Shown here: piece by piece, positions 49,001-60,831 of the stretch
How positions within the stretch are numbered: position 1 is the first letter of the stretch
Layout of the letters: each line of letters opens with the position of its first letter
Origin: Macrostomum lignano
Taxonomy: Eukaryota
NCBI GenBank assembly: GCA_002269645.1
Contig: NIVC01001776.1
Span: 275,990 to 339,989 of the forward strand
DNA length: 64,000 nucleotides
Direction: 5' to 3'
Program-made: the position numbers and the translations under genes
Notes under the pieces: model-generated
Told to the model about the DNA's origin: nothing
Database searches by the model: none
The model's input: the letters and a program-made list of their open reading frames with translations, nothing else

Positions 49001-50711
49001 CTTAGATATTTATAAAAAAACATTGAGACAACAATAATTCTGCTATTTACTTCTGTGAGGCAGTATGTCTTAACATAACATAACATCACAACAATGTCAT
49101 AACATAATTCGAATGCAAAATGGTATGCAGCAGCAGCAGCACTCAAAAGTAAAAACGGGAAACGGATGAAACAGCTGTCTATATGTTTTCAGTATATTTC
49201 AAGCAGCGCCTTCAAGTCGAATATTTTTTATTTTATTTATGCACCTTGAATGTAAATGCCAATGGCAACGATGACATTACCAGTGTGTTGTGTTGCGTAG
49301 TGTTTAAAAAACCACTTTCAAGCATGAAAATAGTTGCCTAAGTTAAATAATTTCCGCGCGTGCCTATTAAAAGCAAAACTAAAAAGAATCAAAAACCTCC
49401 AAGCTATTTTCTAAAGAAAATTTGTATTCATTAGTAAATTTCAGTAAGATTTCAATTTTTTACAGTATTAAAGTTTTTGTGCAAAAATATTTGTTCGAAA
49501 TGAAACCTCTAAAAAACCTCAAAACCTCCGAAACCTCTCGATGAGAATCACCCGGGTTCAAACAGTTAAAAATGGTAATAGCACTTTAACAAAGTTTGCC
49601 GAGAAGGACCATTTCTTGGGCACAAATTAACGCATATATTAAGCTAACTAGAAAAGAAATGTTGTTCAACTAATAAGACGTCTAAGTCTAAGTATGATTT
49701 AAGCTTCGAAAGATAAATTTTAATTGCAAAATGTCAGCTGCAAATAACGGCAGTAATATGATCTACATATGATCTACATAAAGGATAAGCAGAAAAAACT
49801 TTTTGTACATGTATTGGCATACATTCGAAATCCTGTAACGTTACGCACCGGGTGCATGCACTACTGTGATGACGTGCCGGCTTCAGGTTTTTTTGCTCTG
49901 ATATGTGTAGTCGCGGTCGAAGGCCCTGCTACAGGCCTCTATACAGGCCCCTACATTGCCCACCTTTTTCATCTAAAATCCACCTTTTGCAGGTCTTTTG
50001 TACCTTGGCTTGAGGAGATTTCTTTCGTCTATAGGGCACGAAATCGCATGGCCTTTGCTTATTGATTTTCTGGAACTAGCTACTGTGCTCGTTTAGCGAT
50101 GACGACTAAAGTTTCTTCAAATCTTGCATGGCAGGCATAGAACTGTAAGTATAAACTCCAGGACCCTTGTATATGCACTGGCAGACCATATCCGATTCAT
50201 TGGTGAATTTTTGGATTTTGTGGAGGGGCGCGGATTTTGGAGGATAAACCCCTATAGGGCGGAGATGTGATGGCTATAAATTTTGGCGAAAATGCACGTC
50301 ATCACTAACAGGGGGCGCGACCACTCGGAGCGCCCCTGACCCTAGATTCCAATTATTTGTGCATGTACAATAAATTAAACATACTGTTTTGATGAATGAT
50401 TGATCACAGCTTTGCTAGACCGCATCTGCCGCATTAACAGAGTGCTCTAGCTATCACAGCGTAGCTTGTAGCATAGCTGGAGACCTGATAAAACAATTTT
50501 GGTGGCGTACGGCAGAAATTTAAATTGTAGGGGAGCCAATTTTTGGCGTCTTGGTAGGCGCCTCGCTAGAAAAGTGATGCATTGAGCTTTAAAGCGAGAA
50601 GTGAAGAGAAAAACTGTCAATACGGGCTCAGTATTTTTAGAATTTTCTTTAAGCTTTCAGCAAGCAGCAGGCTTTAAACCATGCAGTCTTCTCCATTTGT
50701 TGTAAAGGCAA

Positions 50712-53700
50712 CCCTAGATGAAGTTCTGTTTACTCATTCTTGGCAGATCTGTTCCTACTTAAATTTCTTAACAGATCTGTGAATTTTGGTTAACACATTC
50801 TTAACAGATCTGTTCTTACTTAAATCTCTTAGCAGATCTGTATCTGCTTTTGTCTTACAAGATCTTACAAATCTTTGCAAGCCATTTTTTATTGTTTAAT
50901 ACGTAAAAAACATTCGTGATTTTTTAGAAAATACTTATGAGGTAAAGAGAAAACAAAATTTCTAACTGTATATCAGAAAAAAGACTTTCGTATATTTTCA
51001 CATTTCTCTGCTGGATCTTGTCAGATCAGTTCTTGCAGATCTGTACAGACCAGTTTTGAAAAGTGTCTGAATTGTTTTTTTTCCACAAAATATTTAACAT
51101 AATAGTAATTACGTTTTTTAATGATTTGTATTTATTTTAGTTGTTCTTCTGGCAGCCAACAGTAAATGAATTTGTTTAAATATTCTTTCGCAGTTCTGAA
51201 CATAGTGGACCCTTATAGTTTGAATTCTCGCTCTTGCAATAATCTCAGTTCTTTCTTTTGACTTAGCCGAATACGTAATTTTTAATTCCTTAAATTGTTT
51301 CATAGTGTAGTATCACTATTTTTTACTTTTTTAGCCATAATAACTTTTTTGATTAAGTATAGCTATGGCTTTAAATGAAGAGCAGATCGCGTCATCAATT
51401 AAAAAAATTTGACATAATTGACAGACTGACTATAAAATGTATGATATGCTATATATATATCTATATCATATATATATCTAGGCTTGTTTCCTACTCCCAG
51501 GCCTATAAGTATGAGTAGGCCTAGGCCTATGACTTTGTTCTATGCTTTAATAGAAACAGAATGCATGTCTAGACCTAGTGATGTCCATTAATAATTCATT
51601 AATCCATTAATAATTCAGAAATTCAGTTACATACATAGATCAGTATTTTTGTAGTCTTTTGCATTTCATTATATTATATTTATATATACATACCTAGTTC
51701 TAGCCCCTAGGCTAGGGCCATAGTCAGGAAGGTGTCCGTACGCCGGAATTTTCCGGCGTACATCAGCCCCCCCCCCAAAAAAATGGCGTACAGTTTCGCG
51801 TACACGCGGTCCGAAAAATGGCGTACAGAGTTCTTGGCGTACACAACACAGTTTTCGCATGCAAAAATCTGTCCAAAAATCGGCCTACAATATTTGCATG
51901 TGATTGGCGTACGAACAAACGTTTAAAAAACCTGCAAACAACCCAATTACTTCGACAAAGTATTGTATATCGTTCAATTTTAGTGAATTGGTAAATCTAT
52001 TTTCATCTTTAAAACGCTGAAATTACGTAAATTTTAAATCTGATTTATTGTTAACAAAACTTTACTAAAGTTTTGTGTAAGTCAGTTATTTATTTTAACT
52101 TATTAACTAATTCTGTACAATAATTACTTTAGTATTTTAGATTTCTTCACGTTACAACAGATGACATACAGGTAAGTTAAGATTTAAGTTGCAAATTTTG
52201 GCGTACGCTTTTTTGGGCTATTCAAATTTTGGCGTACGTCAAAAAGCGCTTTTTTAGGGCTTTTCAATTTTGGCGTACACAACATTTTTTCTTAATTTTC
52301 ATTCCGGCGTACACTGGACACCTTCCTGACTATGGGGCTAGGGCTAGGCTAGTTCTAGTGACCTAGCTAGTAAGTAAATCTTAATTAAATAGGTCTATTC
52401 TGTTTTTGTTTGTTTTATATATGCTTATCTAGATTTATAAATAGGTAGACTGACATATCTGTAAAACTTGGTTTTAATCCCTCCTTGATTTTAAACACTT
52501 AGGTTAAGAGTGTAATGTCTATTTTTAGTAAATAGTGTTATAACTAGGCTTATCATTTTAATTTTAAAATAAAATAGGCCCTACTCTACTAAAAATTGTA
52601 ATTGCTATATAGGGTATAGTTTTTCTGAATTAGAATTAAACCTGGATGCTTAAATATAGGCTTGTGGTTGTTAGAAAGTTATCTTAAGCCTTGACCTACT
52701 ATTTAAAGAATATAGATAGGCATAGCAAAATCTAAAATTATTTATACTAGATAGGCCTAGATAAATAATATGAAAAATATAGAATGGAAGAAAAACAGGT
52801 CTAAATTTAATTAGACCAAAGAACTTATACAAAAGTTATTACTCTGACTATTTAAAAACATAACAATGATATTTGTTTTATGTTTTAGTTATTTTGAATT
52901 GAATATTAATGTTTAAAATCCCAGAACTTTACTACAATTTTCCCTTTCATTGCAGCTACTTTACATGGTCAATATGGCATCGCTACTTATGGGTTCCAAG
53001 CTTGTCTTTATACCAAATGGCAAAGTGGCAAGCATCCTATGATTGCTAAAAGAAAAAATGAAGCCAGCCTAAAGTAAAAATGCAACATGATAAAGAGCCC
53101 TAAAGTATTACTAAGAGCTCTTATAGACCTACTTTTATTGATAACAAAGTAAGCTTTCTAGCAATATTGACTTTAAAATCTTTCAGTACTGTACTCTTTC
53201 AGTTTCAATTATTTGCAAACCAATTTAATTGTACATTGTAGTAAAAGATGCACCTGGTTTTTTTTCAAATGTTTCTGCTTCTATTTTTTAGTTTCTAAAA
53301 GTATTGCTCACCCTAATTTTATTAGTCCATTGTACCATTAGTATTTTTTTCTATTGAATGTGTGCTTAACTTTTGTTTTGAAGTTGACTTATTTTTTGCT
53401 TGTGCCATTTCCCTTGTGCATACAAGTTTTATTTCATGAGCATATGTGTATTTGTTTACATTTTCACAAATAAATATGTCTACTTTATTTTAATTGTTCA
53501 ATGACATTTGCTTTTGTTCTGGCAGCTTACTAGCACAATACTAAAAGTGCAGAATCAAATAAGAAAGTCCTGTCATAACTCGTGTTCTTTATTGGAATTA
53601 AATTAGTGCATTGGGGTTTTATAAATGGATTACTAAACAGATCTTGGAAGATTTGATAAGACGGACAATGCATTCAATTGATAAAGCTTAATACATCTTA

Positions 53701-53877
53701 CAAGATCTGCCCAGATCTCCTAAGATCTGCTCGTGCAGACCGTGCAAGATCTTCCTGCAGATCTTGTAAGTTCTGCCTATATATTTTAATAGTGCAGATC
53801 TGTTACGTTCTTGCAAGAACGTAGCGAGAAGCTCCAGACAGATCTGCTAAGAAATGGCATGACGATTTCATCTAGGG
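50712..53877. mobile_element. non-autonomous EnSpm/CACTA-like (CCC-terminated) element
   Basis: TIR CCCTAGATGAA / TTCATCTAGGG, AA on both sides (2-bp TSD), and many subterminal CAGATCT(G) repeats at both ends. No coding sequence seen. Confidence 0.7.
51718..52335. mobile_element. hAT-type MITE nested in the EnSpm-like element
   Basis: 20-bp TIR CCATAGTCAGGAAGGTGTCC, perfect 8-bp TSD GGCTAGGG (51710-51717 / 52336-52343), and GGCGTAC subterminal repeats. Confidence 0.88.
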
Positions 53878-54370
53878 AAGCCGTAGTTTTCTATATCTTA
53901 ACGCATCTGAGCGGGTGTAGCACTTCCGCGCTTGCTTTCACAGGCCTAAACTTTCTAAGAATATGCTGTGTAAACTCGTATGTTGACTGAAAGACGTTAA
54001 CAAGGTCTCAACGTGATTTCTAGTTTTGAATTTGTCCTTATCTGTTCGTCATTATTTTCCCGACAGCCATGCAGGGGTAGGAAACTAAGGAATGGAATCG
54101 AGGATGGAGAACGTTTGTAACTGTCCGCGTGAAGGGAATTAATGACGGGTGTCTTGGAGCGCTCCAACCGCTGTCATCCGATGCTAGTTTCTGTTCGTCT
54201 TCTTTGTTTGCGTTGCTATGGGAGGAATTTGCAGCTTCCCTGCATGTTACCTGCCTTGAAACCATGGATAAAAGCCTGTGATATCACAGCTCTATCAAAG
54301 CCCTGCTCTCTGCATGTTTCACCATGACACCTTGATCGTCACACTAAAAGCGTCAAACTCTACAAAAACT

Positions 54371-55141
54371 ATGGCTATCTGCAATCAAGCTATCATTGTG
54401 GCCACTGCTGCTGCACTGCTTGTCCTGGCTATTCTTGGTGCCGCAGCTGGTAGCCAAGGACTGTCCAACTACCAAAGCATCGAGGGCAGCCTGTGCATCA
54501 GGCCTGAGTTCGTGCAGTCTCACCCGCGAGCTGCCAGCAAGATCGAGTGCGCCGCCCTGTGCAGCGGCAACCAGCGCTGCCAGGCATTCAGCACAGCCGA
54601 CTCTCCGTGCCAGCTGTTCGTGTTCGACAGGTGCAGCAAGTCGGTGAAGAACTGCGGCTGCTCCAGGAGAGGCCGCGTGTTTGTGAAGCAGCAGCCGGGA
54701 CTGCGGCCGGGCGCTCTGTGTCCGGCTGGCTACGGAGACGACCTGTGCGGAGTGAAGTACAAGCTGCTGGCTGAGGCTGGAAGCTGGTGGCTGAGCAGAC
54801 AGAAGTGCGAGGCGGAGCTCGGGCTGGTGATCATGGCCGACGTGATGGACGACGCTGAGATGAATAAAATCGAGCTTATAAGGAACAAAAACGGTTTGTT
54901 TGGTCATTCAATTTTTCTAGGAGGCTTCCAAACTACCAACAGCACTGAGCCGGGCGGTGGCTGGTACTGGGTCGGCTGCAACATCACCCTGGATGGAACT
55001 CTGTGGAACAGTCTGGAGCCTAATAATTATGCGAATGCTGAAGCTGCTGTTGGCTTTTACCAATCTAGGAGCCGCCTTGCCGACTTAAAAGAGGCCGACA
55101 GTTTCAAAAGTCTATGCGAGTGCCTATCACCATTTGAGTGA
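54371..55141 (+). CDS. secreted PAN/apple + C-type lectin domain protein, copy 1 (256 aa, intronless)
   Basis: Signal peptide AIIVATAAALLVLAILGAAAG; PAN ECAALCSGNQRCQAF..CQLF; CTLD SWWLSRQKCEAE, IFLGG, WYW, EPN, LAD, SLCE. The ATG is at 54371 (the ORF track starts earlier). Confidence 0.88.
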   Translation: MAICNQAIIVATAAALLVLAILGAAAGSQGLSNYQSIEGSLCIRPEFVQSHPRAASKIECAALCSGNQRCQAFSTADSPCQLFVFDRCSKSVKNCGCSRRGRVFVKQQPGLRPGALCPAGYGDDLCGVKYKLLAEAGSWWLSRQKCEAELGLVIMADVMDDAEMNKIELIRNKNGLFGHSIFLGGFQTTNSTEPGGGWYWVGCNITLDGTLWNSLEPNNYANAEAAVGFYQSRSRLADLKEADSFKSLCECLSPFE

Positions 55142-56204
55142 GCTACCAAATTCCACATGAAAATCTCTGGAAGGCGATTATAGTTATTCCGCATGCGAGA
55201 AACTTTTCGAAACTTTTTGAAACTTTGTAGCCAAAAAACTGTTTCTTCTTTGTTACGTACATGTAATGTGACGACACCATTTTCTCTCTATAGTGTATAC
55301 CGATTCAACCGCAGAACTAGGTGTGGACTTCTGTTTCATTGAATTGACTGTAATTATATCTGTATTTTTATATCTATTGGCAGAATGTTGTAACGAATTA
55401 TTTTTCCATAATTTTCTGGCGCATTCAAATGTATTTCAATATTAAATTAGTTCTCACTTCTTCGTAGATGAAATCAAAATTTCTATTTAAACATTGGAAT
55501 TAAATTGTTCTACCGATGAAAATTGCAACTTAGGTGAGCAGCAGTGAATTGATTCCACTAAATAAAATAAACTGGATATTGGCATCGGTGAAAATACTAA
55601 ATCTAGGAGCAGTTTCTCGTAAATAAAAAGTATAGCTGCAAGCTAAACTGAAATCATAGAGCCACGCGTTGCTCAGTAAGCATGCGCTGTTGAGACAATT
55701 GAACACCTCATGGGACTTCTCTGTACAAGCTATGCTAAGTCAGTGTGGTTAAATGCATTGCTTTGCATGAAAAAAACATCAGCTTTTTAGATTGAGAAAA
55801 TGTCTTATATCATCGGCACCTACTATAATTTCCAGATTTCAGTTATGAAACAGGGAAAATCAAACACTCAAAGCTTCTTTACAAACGCACCCTCACATTC
55901 TTCAGTGTTTTCACGGGGACGCAAACATAAAGTTTTCTTGCGGCAAACTTTTCCTGCAGGAGGTTTTCTCACAGGAACCTCTCCAGCACAGATTCTCTCC
56001 CGCCAGTCTTTGCTTTGCTTCCAATATATTTATCAGTTTGCAAACCAGGGATTAGAACGCCTAGGACTTACTATGAGTAGGTTGCATGTAGGAAACAGTT
56101 TTACCCACGCATATACTACACTTTACACTGCACATTGCACATTGCCTTGACTAGCATGTAAGGCATGCATGTGTACATCGTATTCTCTTTTTATGATCCC
56201 AGCA

Positions 56205-57357
56205 GGAGGCGGGAAACCTCGCTGAGGGAAACCTCTCTGCGGGAAACCTCGCTGAGGGAAACCTCTCTGCGGGAAACCTCGCTGAGGGAAACCTCTCTGC
56301 GGGAAACCTCGCTGAGGGAAACCTCTCTGCGGGAAAACCTCGCTGAGGGAAAACCTCACTGAGGGAAAACCTCACTGAGGGAAAACCTCGCTGAGGGAAA
56401 ACCTCGCAGAGGGAAAACCTCACTGAGGGAAAACCTCGCTGAGGGAAAACCTCACTGAGGGAAAACCTCACTGAGGGAAAACCTCGCTGCGGGAAACCTC
56501 GCTGAGGGAAAACCTCGCTGCGGGAAAACCTCGCTGAGGGAAAACCTCGCTGAGGGAAACCTCGCTGCGGGAAAACCTCTGCGGGAAACCTCTGCGGGAA
56601 ACCTCGCTGAGGGAAAACCTCGCTGAGGGAAACCTCGCTGCGGGAAAACCTCTGCGGGAAACCTCGCTGAGGGAAAACCTCGCTGCGGGAAAACCTCGCT
56701 GAGGGAAAACCTCGCTGAGGGAAACCTCGCTGCGGGAAAACCTCTGCGGGAAACCTCTGCGGGAAACCTCGCTGAGGGAAAACCTCGCTGAGGGAAACCT
56801 CGCTGCGGGAAAACCTCTGCGGGAAACCTCGCTGAGGGAAAACCTCGCTGCGGGAAAACCTCGCTGAGGGAAAACCTCACTGAGGGAAAACCTCGCTGAG
56901 GGAAAACCCCGCTGCGGGAAACTCGCTGCGGGAAACCTCGCTGAGGGAAAACCTCGCTGAGGGAAAACCTCGCTGAGGGAAAACCCCCTGCGGGAAACTC
57001 GCTGCGGGAAACCTCGCTGAGGGAAAACCTCGCTGCGGGAAAACCTCTCTGCGGGAAACCTCGCTGAGGGAAAACCTCGCTGCGGGAAAACCTCGCTGAG
57101 GGAAAACCTCGCTGAGGGAAAACCTCGCTGAGGGAAAACCTCTGCGGGAAACCTCGCTGAGGGAAAACCTCGCTGCGGGAAAACCTCGCTGAGGGAAAAC
57201 CTCGCTGAGGGAAAACCTCACTGAGGGAAAACCTCGCTGAGGGAAAACCCCGCTGCGGGAAACTCGCTGCGGGAAACCTCGCTGAGGGAAAACCTCGCTG
57301 AGGGAAAACCTCGCTGAGGGAAAACCCCGCTGCGGGAAACTCGCTGCGGGAAACCTC
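56205..57357. repeat. 15-16-bp minisatellite (GGGAAA(A)CCTCGCTGA) between the lectin genes
   Basis: About 70 variant copies with higher-order repeated blocks. Confidence 0.96.
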
Positions 57358-58294
57358 GCGTGCTCAAATCAAATTCAACGGAGCCATCTACATTAGATTC
57401 AAGGAAAGCTTATATTTGGGAACTTATTGGTGGGGACAGTTTCATTCTGATCGAGTAACAACTCGTTAACTCCCCGGGGAACACAAGGTCATTGTTTTTA
57501 TATTATATAATCTAAATTACATTAGAAATCACGGTTCTGTGCGTCTGAGCCACAGTTTTTGAGCTGCTAGATCAGTAGCTCTACTTGTCTACTTCTCGGC
57601 TGTCAGTTGGGTCCCGCGGGGCCGCCTGTCTGAAAATTGACTTAACACCGCATGCGAGTTGCAACTCAAAGAAAGCAAATTACGTCTGAATTAACTTTTT
57701 ACTCTCAGATTTCTGTTGCTTCTAAACTTGATATAAAGCCTGGCAGCAGAATACAGGACTATCCATGGGAGTGACGGAAGCATTTTCTATGCAGCCCTTA
57801 AAAGCTTTCAACCCGCGGAAAACATTTCGAGGTTCCGTTGTAAAGGCGGCCTTCAAGTTTCTTTGACTTTACGCTTCTGAGCGGATGTACATGTAGCTAG
57901 CACTTCCTCTTGCGAGTACATGAGTACAATGTATAGGCGTGAAAACTTCCAACAAAGAAATAGTAAAGACGATGAGGACAGGAATTTATTGCAGCTTAGA
58001 TCGACGGCAAAGTCCTGATGGTTATCGAAAGTTTTCCTAAACGCGAGAGAAGTTCCTGGAGTGCCGAGAAAGATTCGGCTGGCTACCTACTCGGAACCAA
58101 ATCCAGTTCTGGCCCGCTAGCTTTTCTGCAGGAGATGATTCTCTTCGTCCGCTATTTTTGCAAAGGCAGGATAGCACCGCTTCCGTGTTTCACATGGATG
58201 AAATAAGGATAAAAGCTGTGGGATCCGCATTGCTCGGCTCCCTGCTTCACCCGCATTGATCGTCACACTAAAAGCGTCAAACTCTACAAAAACT

Positions 58295-59065
58295 ATGGCT
58301 ATCAGCAATCAAGCTATCATTGTGGCCACTGCTGCTGCACTGCTTGTCCTGGCTATTCTTGGTGCCGCAGCTGGTAGCCAAGGACTGTCCAACTACCAAA
58401 GCATCGAGGGCAGCCTGTGCATCAGGCCCGAGTTCGTGCAGTCTCACCCGCGAGCTGCCAGCAAGATCGAGTGCGCCGCCCTGTGCAGCGGCAACCAGCG
58501 CTGCCAGGCATTCAGCACAGCCGACTCTCCGTGCCAGCTGTTCGTGTTCGACAGGTGCAGCAAGTCGGTGAAGGACTGCAGCTGCTCCAGGAGAGGCCGC
58601 GTGTTTGTGAAGCAGCAGCCGGGACTGCGGCCGGGCGCTCTGTGTCCGGCTGGCTACGGAGACGACCTGTGCGGAGTGAAGTACAAGCTGCTGGCTGAGG
58701 CTGGAAGCTGGTGGCTGAGCAGGCAGAAGTGCGAGGCGGAGCTCGGGCTGGTGATCATGGCCGACGTGATGGACGACGCTGAGATGCAGCGCGTGGAATC
58801 TCTCTGGCAAGCTCAAGTTGTAAGCGATTCGATCTGGCTTGGAGGCTATCAGCCACCCGGCAGTCCTGAGCGGGATGGTGGCTGGTACTGGGTCGGCTGC
58901 AACCTCACTGTGGACCGCTCTCTGTGGGCCGCTAATGAGCCCGACAATAACGACGAAAAGGACAATGTTGTGGGCAGATACTACGGCAAAACTGGCCTAG
59001 CCGATTTATTCGAGTCAGAAAGCAACTACAGAGCCTTTTGCGAGTGCGTGTCGCCATTCGACTAA
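58295..59065 (+). CDS. secreted PAN/apple + C-type lectin domain protein, copy 2 (256 aa, intronless)
   Basis: Same architecture and length as copy 1; IWLGG, WYW, EPD, LAD, AFCE. Confidence 0.88.
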   Translation: MAISNQAIIVATAAALLVLAILGAAAGSQGLSNYQSIEGSLCIRPEFVQSHPRAASKIECAALCSGNQRCQAFSTADSPCQLFVFDRCSKSVKDCSCSRRGRVFVKQQPGLRPGALCPAGYGDDLCGVKYKLLAEAGSWWLSRQKCEAELGLVIMADVMDDAEMQRVESLWQAQVVSDSIWLGGYQPPGSPERDGGWYWVGCNLTVDRSLWAANEPDNNDEKDNVVGRYYGKTGLADLFESESNYRAFCECVSPFD

Positions 59066-59304
59066 TGAATATGATATTTGCGATCAAAATAACTAGAGTG
59101 CTGTTTTAAATGTATTCTTTCTGAGGCCCTATTTGCTAGAGAAAAGTACAACAAAATTCTTTTATAATGGACACGATTTTGCGACTGAAAATCCTTATAG
59201 TTTTTACATTTGATCTGAACTCCCCAGCCAGAGTGTGTTTCAAGATCAAACGTTTTGCAAACTCAAAATCACTTTTTTTGTACTTTAAAATACATTATTT
59301 ATAA

Positions 59305-60015
59305 AGAAACCCCGCCGGCGGAGGGGGAGGGGGCGCCCACTAACTGACACGATACAGAACGTACACACGCGGCGGGGGGGCGCCCACCTAACCGACACGA
59401 TACAGAACGTACACACGCGGCGGGGGGCGCCCACCTAACCGACACGATACAGAACGTACACACGCGGCGGGGGGGCGCCCACCTAACCGACACGATACAG
59501 AACGTACACACGCGGCGGGGGGGGCGCCCACCTAACCGACACGATACAGAACGTACACACGCGGCGGGGGGGCGCCCACCTAACCGACACGATACAGAAC
59601 GTACACACGCGGCGGGGGGGGGCGCCCACCTAACCGACACGATACAGAACGTACACACGCGGCGGGGGGGGCGCCCACCTAACCGACACGATACAGAACG
59701 TACACACGCGGCGGGGGGGGCGCCCACCTAACCGACACGATACAGAACGTACACACGCGGCGGGGGGGGCGCCCACCTAACCGACACGATACAGAACGTA
59801 CACACGCGGCGGGGGGGGCGCCCACCTAACCGACACGATACAGAACGTACACACGCGGCGGGGGGGCGCCCACCTAACCGACACGATACAGAACGTACAC
59901 ACGCGGCGGGGGGGCGCCCACCTAACCGACACGATACAGAACGTACACACGCGGCGGGGGGGGGCGCCCACCTAACCGACACGATACAGAACGTACACAC
60001 GCGGCAGGGGGGGCG
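59305..60015. repeat. ~48-bp GC-rich minisatellite with variable G run
   Basis: About 14 copies of GCGCCCACCTAACCGACACGATACAGAACGTACACACGCGGC(G)n with no unique spacers. Confidence 0.96.
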
Positions 60016-60831
60016 CACAGAAGGAGCGTGCTTGGGCACAAAAGCCGGTTTGCTCAAGTGCAAGCCTATCGCAAACCGCAGCCTATGAGAATTTAACATT
60101 TCAATACATTAAATACATGATATTCTCAACACTTGCTACAGTTATCAAGATTCAAAACTCGAGAACAATTATTGTTTCTGCTTAATTAAACAAATCAGTA
60201 AATAAAATTTGACAGTTAATTTATCTCATCGTTTATTAAACTCTATAGATTTTAAATACTATCGCTAAATGGTTTGTTAAAATAATTAGGGGCTACTAAA
60301 ACACAAGTGACAAAGTAGATTTTTTTGCATAGAAAACTTTAATACATAATAAAAAAATCAAAACAGAAACCAAATCCAAAAGAATTGATGGGCTTGGCTT
60401 GTCAGCGACTATTTGCTTTGTAAATCATACTTAATTTTTATTTGAAGTCATAATTTTTCGCTCTATAAATGCATTTGCAAGATAGAATTTTTCGGGTTTC
60501 TTTAAACAATTTCCAAACTAATGAAATGTCGATAGGTATAATAAATTTTTACTTTTGTTTGTTTTTCTCACCTAGGGTTGTAGGTCGGGGGTTCGATTCT
60601 CCCCAGTAACTAAAGTAACTAAGTAACTTCAGTAACTAAACTGAACCAACAATCAACTTAGTGAAAAATCCTTATCTTGCTTATGAATTTCGCGGCAAAA
60701 TCAAAACTTCAAATAAATTTTCATTTCAATAAAACTACAGTAACTTTTTATCCTTCGACTACAGATGGGTCTTGGTGCTTGTCAAAGTCAGCAATCAAGG
60801 CTGATCTGATCTGCTAACTGCTCAGAATTGC

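Larger units (their letters stand above)
41187..49553. mobile_element. outer Mutator/Foldback-type element (non-autonomous) with ~215-bp TIRs
   Basis: TIR GGGTGATTCTCATCGAGAGGTTTCGGAGG... (41187-~41400) is inverted at ~49341-49553. Perfect 9-bp TSD GGGTTCAAA (41178-41186 / 49554-49562). Confidence 0.93.

Noticed and set aside
55800-57357. Gene between the lectins ((QRGFP)n, (RETSL)n, Cys-containing pieces)
   Set aside because: Repeat-derived or short frames with no coherent exon chain or domain.
54353-58816. Antisense ORFs over the lectin genes
   Set aside because: Shadow frames of GC-rich coding sequence.
59305-60015. CRISPR array (also considered for 33860-34385 and 62020-62537)
   Set aside because: Head-to-tail repeats with no unique spacers, no cas genes, and a eukaryotic context.
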